From the NCBI GenBank assembly GCA_007692505.1, contig REBX01000131.1, positions 1 through 54,803 of the forward strand: a stretch of 54,803 bases of DNA. The letters run 5' to 3'. The stretch comes from Gemmatimonadales bacterium. Its GTDB lineage: Bacteria > Gemmatimonadota > Gemmatimonadetes > Longimicrobiales > Gaopeijiaceae. Positions 26,501-33,326 of this stretch are shown here, piece by piece. Position 1 is the first letter of the stretch, and each line of letters starts with the position of its first letter. Below the pieces are notes generated by a model. That model saw only the letters and a list, made by a program, of their open reading frames with translations. It had not been told where the DNA came from and made no database searches. Position numbers and translations under genes: made by a program.

Positions 26501-27091
26501 ATGCTCCGCTTCTCCACCGCTACCCATCCCCTGGCCCTGGTGCGTGAGGAGCTCCCCCCCGGCCTGAGGACCTCCCGGGAACTCCCCGACACCCGGAACG
26601 GCACCCCGGTGACCCTGGCCGGCCTGGTGGTGGCCCGGCAGCGACCCCACACGGCCCGGGGCTACATCTTCATCCTGGTGGAGGACGAGCACGGCCACGT
26701 GAACGTCATCGTCCGACCGGAGGTCTACCGGGCCTGCCGGAACGCCGTGCGGCTGGAGCCCTTCCTGGAGGTGGAGGGGCGGCTCCAGAAGGACGGCGAC
26801 AGCATCAACGTCATCGCCACCGGGCTCCGGGCCCTCCGGACGGGACGGGGCACGGCGGCCTCCGGCAGCCTGCCCGACCCCATGCAGTACTGGCCCGACC
26901 CCAGGCGGGGTGGCGCCGGGGGGTCACCGGCCGGGCAAGGCGAGGCGGAGCAGGGCGAGGCGGTGGAGCGGGACGACGGGCCGGGCGATGGCGGGCGGCG
27001 CGCACCCAACGGCCCGCCGGCCAATGCCGACACTTGGCGCTTCCTCCGCACCCTGCGAGAGAGCCCCCCCGGCACGAAGAGCTGGGGGTGA
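23540..27091 (+). CDS. dnaE2: error-prone DNA polymerase III alpha subunit DnaE2 (ImuC)
   Basis: The PHP domain start is [44 protein letters not shown]. The polIII alpha core blocks [18 protein letters not shown] and FQVESRAQ are present. There is an OB-fold region but no tau/beta-binding C-terminal tail. Length is 1183 aa. Confidence 0.92.
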   Translation: [1183 protein letters not shown]

Positions 27092-27168
27092 GGGTGGTGT
27101 CGCGGTTGAAGTGTCGCCTGGGTCACCAGGGTCCCGTTCAGCACCGGCACAGGCGATGCGCGGTCGGG

Positions 27169-27245
27169 GAGCGAAGCCAGGGAGCGCGGCTCGATAGCGC
27201 GGGCCGGTAGCAAGGCCCGGGAGCGCAGCCAGGGAGCGCGGCTCG
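27169..27245. repeat. 25-bp direct repeat pair (GAGCGmAGCCAGGGAGCGCGGCTCG), 52 bp apart
   Basis: The copies at 27169-27193 and 27221-27245 are identical at 24 of 25 positions. Confidence 0.8.
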
Positions 27246-27250
27246 TGCCC

Positions 27251-27348
27251 GTGTAGGGATTTTCGCCACTATTCAGCATAACTCTACACGCGGTCCCGGC
27301 GCCCGGACCCTGTGCAGGATATTCCCCATAATTGACGAAAATCCTACA
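27251..27348 (-). repeat. twin hairpin element, copy B (reverse orientation relative to copies A and C)
   Basis: The reverse complement of 27312-27348 is TGTAGGATTTTcgtcaattatggggaATATCCTGCA. The reverse complement of 27251-27289 is GTGTAGAGTTATgctgaatagtggcgAAAATCCCTACAC. Spacing is ~60 bp, as in copies A and C. Confidence 0.85.
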
Positions 27349-27364
27349 CGCGCGGGCCGCCAGG

Positions 27365-27499
27365 CAGACCGCGTCCGGGAGGGGGGCGCCCCGCCAGGCA
27401 GACCGCGTCCGCGCGCCCCGCTAAGCAGACCGCGTCCGGGCCGGCTCGCGTCCGGGGGGGCCATCCCCGCAGACCGCGTCCGGGGGGGGCCATCCCCGC
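27365..27499. repeat. irregular tandem array of CAGACCGCGTCCG (x4) plus TCCGGGGGGGCCATCCCCGC (x2)
   Basis: Cores are at 27365, 27399, 27426 and 27470. The array abuts the stop codon of the MBL hydrolase gene. Confidence 0.8.
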
Positions 27500-28420
27500 T
27501 CACCCCTCCCGGCGGGCCAGGTGGAAGCGGACCCCGTCCCAGTCGCTGGCCGGGGAGAAGGCCTGGAAGTACCGCTCCGCCCGCTCCGTCCCCACATGGG
27601 CCGCGGCCACCTCCACCGCCTCCGCGTGGAACGCAGCCCGGTCCTCCTCCTCGGCCTCGGGTCCGGCCGCCATGGCCCGCCCCACCCGGGCCTCCATCTC
27701 CTCCAGGACCCGGGCCAGCTCCTCCCGGCGGCGGTCCAGCGAGTTCCGCTCCCCGTCCAGGACCCCGAAGTGGGCCAGGGCGAGCCCGTCGGGCCCCAGC
27801 CCGGCGTAGGTCTCCTCCAGGGTGTGGTGCCAGGCCGCCAGGTCCACCGCAGGGGGCGGTGTGGCCGGGTGGGTGGGCGCCTCAGGGTCCAGGATGATCC
27901 CCAGGCTGTCTCCGGCCAGGAGGATGCCGGCCCGCTCCGCCAGGTACGAGACGTGGTGGGCGATGTGCCCCGGGGAGTGGAAGAATCGCACATCCCGGAA
28001 CCCGCCGGCTTCCCCGGGGCGCCACGCCTGGATCCGCTCCGGCGGCACCGGTAGTACCGGGCCCCAGAGGCGGTCGTGGGCCTCCCCGAAGGTCCGGCGG
28101 GTGGAACGGACCAGGCGCTCCGGATCCGCCATGTGGGGGGCTCCGTCCGCGTGGACGTGCACCGTGACCCGGGGGTTCTCCCGGACCAGGTGCCCCGTGG
28201 CTCCGGCATGGTCCAGGTGGACATGGGTCAGGAGGATATGGCGGAGATCCGCCACGGCGAACCCCGCCTCCGCCAGTCCGGCCCGGAGGGCATCCAGGGA
28301 CGACGAAGGCCCCGGATCCACAACCACGGGATCCGGGGCCTCCAGTACATGCGCACAGATCGCCCCCTCTAGTCCATCGTGATGGAGGTCGAGGGGGACG
28401 ATCCGGTCGCTCCGGCTCAT
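27500..28420 (-). CDS. MBL-fold metallo-hydrolase
   Basis: LLTHVHLDHAG is the HxHxDH motif. Downstream His/Asp ligands are in SPGHIAHH and AGDSLG. Confidence 0.85.
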   Translation of the reverse strand: MSRSDRIVPLDLHHDGLEGAICAHVLEAPDPVVVDPGPSSSLDALRAGLAEAGFAVADLRHILLTHVHLDHAGATGHLVRENPRVTVHVHADGAPHMADPERLVRSTRRTFGEAHDRLWGPVLPVPPERIQAWRPGEAGGFRDVRFFHSPGHIAHHVSYLAERAGILLAGDSLGIILDPEAPTHPATPPPAVDLAAWHHTLEETYAGLGPDGLALAHFGVLDGERNSLDRRREELARVLEEMEARVGRAMAAGPEAEEEDRAAFHAEAVEVAAAHVGTERAERYFQAFSPASDWDGVRFHLARREG

Positions 28421-28433
28421 GCGGCCCGGCCGA

Positions 28434-29741
28434 TCAGCGCTGCCCGATGGGCACGAACTGCCGCTCGCCCACGCCAGTGTAGACCTGCCGGGGACGGGCG
28501 ATCTTCTGCTCCTTGTCCTCCAGCATCTCCTCCCACTGGGCCAGCCAGCCCACCGTCCGGGGGATGGCGAAGAGAACGGGGAACATCTCCACCGGGAAGC
28601 CCATGGCCTGGTAGATGAGCCCCGAGTAGAAGTCCACGTTGGGGTAGAGGTTCCGCTCCACGAAGTAGTCCTCCTGGAGCGCGATCTTCTCCAGCTCCAG
28701 GGCGATCTCCAGCAGCGGGTTCTTCCCCGTCACCTCGAAGACGTCGTGGGCCGCCTCCTTGATGATGCTGGCCCGGGGGTCGTACGCCTTGTAGACCCGG
28801 TGCCCGAAGCCCATCAGCCGCCGCTCGCCCTTCCGGACGCTCTCCATGAAGGCCGGGATGTTCTTCACATCGCCGATCTCGGTGAGCATGCGGAGGACGG
28901 CCTCGTTCGCCCCGCCGTGGAGCGGCCCGTAGAGGGCAGCCATGGCCCCCGAGAGGGAGCAGTACGGATCCGCCTGGGCGCTCCCGATGACCCGCATGGT
29001 GGTCGTCGAACAGTTCTGCTCGTGATCCGCATGGAGGATGAAGAGGATGTCCAGCGCCCGCTCCAGGACCGGGTTGCTCTCGTACTTCGAGACCCCGATC
29101 CGGAAGAGCATGTTCAGGAAGTTGCCCGTGTAGGACAGCTCGTTTTCCGGGTAGATGTAGGGCAGCCCCTGGAAGTGCCGGTAGGAGAACGCCGCCAGGG
29201 TGGGCATCTTGGCCACCAGGCGGACGATCTGGATCCACCGGTTGTCCGGGTCGTGGATGTCCTTCGCTTCCGGATAGAACGTGGAGAGCGCCGCCACCGA
29301 CGAGATCATGATGCCCATGGCGTGGGCATCGTAGCGGAAGCCGTTCAGCAGCTTCGTGATGTTCTCGTGGATGTACGTGTGGTACGTGACGTCGTGGACG
29401 AACTGGTCCAGCTCGTTGGAGGAGGGGAGGTCCCCTTTCAGGAGGAGGTAGGCCACCTCCAGGAAGTTGGACTTCTCCGCCAGCTGCTCGATGGGATACC
29501 CGCGGTAGCGCAGGATCCCCCGGGCACCGTCGATCTCGGTGACCGTGCTCCGGGTGGAGGCGGTGTTCGTGAAGGCGGGATCGTACGTCATCATCCCGAA
29601 GTCGCCGTCGTCCACCTTGATCTGGCGGAAGTCCATGGCGCGGATGACGTCTCCCTCGTGGATGTCGATCTCGTAGTCGCGACCCGTACGGTTGTCGCGA
29701 ACGCTCAGCGTGTTCCGGGGCTCGGTCCCGCTGTCTGCCAT
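28434..29741 (-). CDS. gltA: citrate synthase (type II)
   Basis: Full-length match to citrate synthase hallmarks: ILRYRGYPIEQLAE, LHADHEQNCSTTT, GPLHGGANE, GFGHRVYK, PNVDFYSG. Confidence 0.95.
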   Translation of the reverse strand: MADSGTEPRNTLSVRDNRTGRDYEIDIHEGDVIRAMDFRQIKVDDGDFGMMTYDPAFTNTASTRSTVTEIDGARGILRYRGYPIEQLAEKSNFLEVAYLLLKGDLPSSNELDQFVHDVTYHTYIHENITKLLNGFRYDAHAMGIMISSVAALSTFYPEAKDIHDPDNRWIQIVRLVAKMPTLAAFSYRHFQGLPYIYPENELSYTGNFLNMLFRIGVSKYESNPVLERALDILFILHADHEQNCSTTTMRVIGSAQADPYCSLSGAMAALYGPLHGGANEAVLRMLTEIGDVKNIPAFMESVRKGERRLMGFGHRVYKAYDPRASIIKEAAHDVFEVTGKNPLLEIALELEKIALQEDYFVERNLYPNVDFYSGLIYQAMGFPVEMFPVLFAIPRTVGWLAQWEEMLEDKEQKIARPRQVYTGVGERQFVPIGQR

Positions 29742-30003
29742 CTCCTTCCTCCTCGAACGTTGATCGGACCGCCCGCATCAGGCGAGCGGCAGGGCTGTCT
29801 GGTCGGCCTCGAAAGATCCCACGGGCCCGCCATTTGGACAACCCCGAACCCCGCCTGTCGTGCCGACTTCCGACATGATGGCCTCCTCCACGAGGGGGTA
29901 CCGGGGACCATCTCCGCGGACGTTCATCCGGGACTGGTGGCAGAGGACGACCTCCGGGGCCGCCAGCTCGAGTCCATCTCCTCGCCCGGTCGCCCCAGCC
30001 CCC

Positions 30004-31299
30004 TCAGGGCACGAAGGGCTCCACGGGACGGAAGATCCCCGTCTTCGTCATGTCGCGGCGGAGGGGGAAGCGCTGGAAGGCCCGGGGCAGGTGCACCTCC
30101 TCCAGGCGGTCGAACCGAATCTGCCCCCACGCTGCCCGCTCGATCCGGGCACTCAGGAGCACCTCGTCGGCATCGGCCCCTGTGGCCGGGTCCACGGCCT
30201 GGGTGAAGCCCGTCACCACCACCTCCTCCACCCCGGGCAGCGCGTGGAAGGCCTCGCCCACCGCGCGAAAGCAGAACCCGTGCACGTGGTCCCGATACTC
30301 CTCCCGCCTCTGCCGATCCGAACGCTCCCGCACCAGGATCCGGAGCTCCCGCTTCGCCGGCCGGGCCTCCTCCCGGGGAAACGCGTCCCGGGGGGCCAGG
30401 TCCACGTCGAGCCAGAGCCGGATCCCCCCATCCCCTCCGGGCTCAACCTCAAGTCCGACTTCGGTTTCCCGGGGCCAGGGCACATCGGCGAAGTGGTGCT
30501 CCAGCGCCTCCGCCACCGCCTCCTCGTCTCCGGCCCGAGCCGCCTCCATGGCCCCAAGCCGCTCCGATTCCAGCGCCTCGTGGGCCTGCCGGGCCTCCTC
30601 CCAGGCCTCCCGCTCCCGCCGGGCCGAATCCCGAACCCGGGCCGCCGCCTCCTCCCGGGCCTCCCGCCGCCCCGAAAGTACCCCCTCCACCAGCCGACCC
30701 AGCACCCCGGGGCCCTCCGGAAGCACCGGCTCCGCAGGCGGGGGCTCGGGGAACGGACGCGCACGCAGCGCCAGCGGGGGGTCCGGCGCGGGAGTCTCCA
30801 GGTGGAGCGCCAGGACCTGGTCCATGTCCCGATTCCAGTGCCTGCAGAGCTCCGCCATGGTCTCCCGGATCCCCGCCTCGTCCGCCCGTCGCACCTCTGC
30901 GAGCTCGGTCTCGGAGAGGGGAGTGCCATCTTCCCACAGGAACGTCAGATGCCCCGAATCTTCTGCCTGGATGCGGAGGAGGACGCCGCCGGAATCCGCC
31001 TCCGGGCCCCCGCCTGCGCCCCCCGCCGTTCGTGGGGGGGAGGCCGAAGCGGCCCCGGGATCACCTGCGGCGACCCGGGACCCGGCGGGGCCGCCTCGTC
31101 GATTCCCCTGCCCGGGCAGCCGGACCTTCTTCCGGTAGTGGAGCCCCGTACCCGGGAGCCCGGCATGCATGTGGGGGCCCGACGGCCCCACGCTGACGCT
31201 CCCGCCCCTCCCTCCCAGGGAGAGGCCGGGCCCCGTCTTGCTCAGGTTCAGGCGAATGCCGGGCAGGATCCGGATCCTGCGTCTGAATCTCCATCCCAT
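30004..31299 (-). CDS. DUF4236-domain protein with a Glu/Arg/Ala-rich central region and an unassigned C-terminal domain
   Basis: ATG at 31299 gives MGWRFRRRIRILPGIRLNLSKTGPGLSLGGRGGSVSVGPSGPHMHAGLPGTGLHYRKK, the DUF4236 signature as I recall it. A GGGAGGGGGAGG Shine-Dalgarno lies upstream. The ORF track start at 31449 lies inside tandem repeats. Confidence 0.65.
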   Translation of the reverse strand: MGWRFRRRIRILPGIRLNLSKTGPGLSLGGRGGSVSVGPSGPHMHAGLPGTGLHYRKKVRLPGQGNRRGGPAGSRVAAGDPGAASASPPRTAGGAGGGPEADSGGVLLRIQAEDSGHLTFLWEDGTPLSETELAEVRRADEAGIRETMAELCRHWNRDMDQVLALHLETPAPDPPLALRARPFPEPPPAEPVLPEGPGVLGRLVEGVLSGRREAREEAAARVRDSARREREAWEEARQAHEALESERLGAMEAARAGDEEAVAEALEHHFADVPWPRETEVGLEVEPGGDGGIRLWLDVDLAPRDAFPREEARPAKRELRILVRERSDRQRREEYRDHVHGFCFRAVGEAFHALPGVEEVVVTGFTQAVDPATGADADEVLLSARIERAAWGQIRFDRLEEVHLPRAFQRFPLRRDMTKTGIFRPVEPFVP

Positions 31300-31340
31300 G
31301 CCCGGAAGATGGCCTCCCCCTCCCACCACGGGCCAGCCTT

Positions 31341-31410
31341 GAATGCAGGGCACCATTTGATGCAGGGCACCCTTTGCTGCGGGGCACCCCTGGATACGGG
31401 GCACCCCGGG
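31341..31410. repeat. 17-18-bp tandem repeat x4 with core TGCrGGGCACC, directly upstream of the DUF4236 gene
   Basis: The four units are gaaTGCAGGGCACCattt, gaTGCAGGGCACCctttg, cTGCGGGGCACCcctg and gaTACGGGGCACCccggg. The TGCAGGG core is shared with the hairpin stems. Confidence 0.8.
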
Positions 31411-31511
31411 CCCCGACCATCGCCACCCTCCACCCGCTGCCTCCTGCACCTGCCACCTCCGTCCGGCACGAGGACGCTACTCCGGCAAGGAACTGGCCCG
31501 TGTCCCCTCCC

Positions 31512-31599
31512 CTGCCACCGGCTGTGCAGATCCCTGCCACCGGCTGTGCAGATCCCGGCCACCAGCTGTGCACATTCCTGCCAAAGGCTGTGCCCATCC
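31512..31599. repeat. 22-bp tandem repeat x4 (CTGCCACCGGCTGTGCAGATCC), abutting the AT-rich twin box
   Basis: Units are 31512-31533, 31534-31555 (identical to the first), 31556-31577 and 31578-31599 (the last two degenerate). Confidence 0.88.
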
Positions 31600-31604
31600 C
31601 TGGA

Positions 31605-31670
31605 CCAAATATATCAAAAACTCATAACCCCGACGGACAACCAGGGTACTATATTAAAAACTAATATCTG
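31605..31670 (+). repeat. AT-rich twin box; homologous to 8560-8625
   Basis: ccaaatatatcaaaaactcataacc and ggtactatattaaaaactaatatctgg are colinear with the copy A boxes. In both loci a short GC hairpin and the block AGGGGTTCGGAArTCCGC follow. Confidence 0.8.
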
Positions 31671-31745
31671 GCAGACCACCTTGGTCTCCGCCCCCCCAAC
31701 CTCGACGCCGGTCCGCGAACCAGGGGTTCGGAAATCCGCCCTGCA

Positions 31746-31840
31746 TGCAGGGTTTTGGTCAATAATGGGCAATATCCTGCAATGAGTCAGGCCGTAGTCC
31801 GCGCGTGCAGGGTTTCGTTCAATAATGGGTAAAACCCACA
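31746..31840 (+). repeat. twin hairpin element, copy C
   Basis: H1 (31746-31781) is TGCAGGGTTTTggtcaataatgggcaATATCCTGCA. H2 (31806-31840) is TGCAGGGTTTcgttcaataatgggtAAAACCCACA. Spacing is 60 bp. Confidence 0.9.
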
Positions 31841-31868
31841 CAAACGGAGCGGGGCTTTCCGCCGGGTA

Positions 31869-32035
31869 GGAGCTGCGGAAGCGGGGGGCCGGAGACCGGG
31901 GGGCTGTGAGGCCCGGGAGCTGCGGAAGCGGGGGCCCCGAGACCGGGAGCTGCGAACCCGGGGCGGCCAGACCGAGGGCCTCGAGACGGGAAGCCTTGAG
32001 ACCGGGGGCTGCGCAACCGGGGGCTGCTGGCCCCG
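31869..32035. repeat. degenerate ~30-bp tandem repeats (GGGAGCTGCGGAAGCGGGGGCCsGAGACC-like)
   Basis: GGAGCTGCGGAAGCGGGG occurs at 31870 and 31916. There is a related unit at 31945. GAGACC recurs at 31892, 31939 and 32008. Confidence 0.7.
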
Positions 32036-32143
32036 TACACCACGAGCCCCCAACGTCCAACCGGCCCGGACCGCCCCCCGAACGTGCTGTCCGGGAGGCG
32101 GCGCCGGACCGGCGCCAGGAATACCGCTGCCCTGCAGGGGTGA

Positions 32144-33280
32144 TCAGAAGGTCCGAACCTCCACGAAGGTCGGCCCCTGCCCCGCCTCGATCTCTTCTTC
32201 CAGCTCGAAGGCAGATCCCCCGAAGACGAAGATCTGGCCCGGCACGCCATCTCCCGGAGCCCCGAAGTGGACCTGCAGGAGCCGGCCCGCGTCATCGGTG
32301 GTGGCGCTGGCGGCGCCCAGGCAGACCCCCTCCACCTCCACACACACCGGGTTGTCGGGGCCCCGGAGGAAGCTGCGGCTCCCTGTGTCCCAGGCGGTGG
32401 TCCCGAAGCCGAAGCCCGAGATCCAGGCCGTGCCCGAAGCATCGATGTGGAGGGAGCCCGAGCCCGGGGCCAGCCCGTCCACGACCTCCACCAGCGTCGG
32501 GCCCGTGGGGTCGATGATGGCCATGGACGAGGGGTCCACGAAGTTGCCGGTGTTCACCACGTAGAGGAGGCCGTCGGGGCCCAGGGCGGCCGGGCCGGCG
32601 TTGGGGCCACCCGTGCCCACCTCACCCAGGACCTCCAGGGTCTGGCCGTCCACGAAGGTGACGATGCCGTCGCCCAGGGGCTGGAAGTTCTCGTCCAGGT
32701 TCCCCGAGACCACGGCCACGCCCGCCGGCGTGTCCACCAGGGAGGACGGGGCCGGGGGGACGTCCTGGAGCTCGGTGATGTCGTCGGAGTCCTGGCCCAG
32801 CTCGAAGGCGCCCACCTGGTCGTCCAGGAGGTTCAGGACCAGGAAGCGGTCCCCGCCCACGTGGAGGGAGCCCGAGGCGTTTCCGCCATCGAAGAGGAAG
32901 ATCCGCTCGACGGCGCGGGTCCGGGCGTTCACGTGGGCCACGGAAGCGGCGTTGCCCAGGGGCACGACGAGGTCCTCGCCCCGGGAGGTGAGGGAGGTGG
33001 CGGTGATGGAGCTGGAGGCACCCAGGCCGATGGTCCGGACCTCGGACGGGTCCCCGAGCTGGATCAGGCGGAGGGCGTTCTCGGTGGAGTTCACCACGAC
33101 GCCGATCCGGGGGTCGCCGTCGGCGCCGGCCAGGAAGCCCAGGTCCTCGGCGGGATCGGTTGAACTGTCGCTGCAGGCCGCCACCACCATGAGGAGGAGG
33201 GCCAGGAGGACCGGGGCCAGCCGGCGCCGGAAGGGATTGGACGAATGCCGCAGGGAATCGGACGAGTAGGGAATGCGCAT
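32144..33280 (-). CDS. surface/periplasmic lipoprotein, probable beta-propeller (YncE-like repeats), co-transcribed with the riboswitch-controlled TonB receptor
   Basis: LLALLLMVVAACSDS is a lipobox. Repeated motifs of the type GxxPxGxAxxxDG.LYVxN run through the protein (GPNAGPAALGPDGLLYVVNTGN, LVDTPAGVAVVSGN). The gene starts 46 nt after the receptor stop. Confidence 0.6.
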   Translation of the reverse strand: MRIPYSSDSLRHSSNPFRRRLAPVLLALLLMVVAACSDSSTDPAEDLGFLAGADGDPRIGVVVNSTENALRLIQLGDPSEVRTIGLGASSSITATSLTSRGEDLVVPLGNAASVAHVNARTRAVERIFLFDGGNASGSLHVGGDRFLVLNLLDDQVGAFELGQDSDDITELQDVPPAPSSLVDTPAGVAVVSGNLDENFQPLGDGIVTFVDGQTLEVLGEVGTGGPNAGPAALGPDGLLYVVNTGNFVDPSSMAIIDPTGPTLVEVVDGLAPGSGSLHIDASGTAWISGFGFGTTAWDTGSRSFLRGPDNPVCVEVEGVCLGAASATTDDAGRLLQVHFGAPGDGVPGQIFVFGGSAFELEEEIEAGQGPTFVEVRTF

Positions 33281-33326
33281 GTGTGGGTGCTCTCGTGAAG
33301 TTTGGATGGGGTTGAGTCGGCTGCGG

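Noticed and set aside
29860-31785. The 641-aa plus-strand ORF opposite the DUF4236 gene, which extends into the repeat module.
   Set aside because: It is low-complexity and PGR-rich and crosses tandem repeats and the AT boxes. The opposite strand carries the recognisable DUF4236 N-terminus with a strong Shine-Dalgarno.
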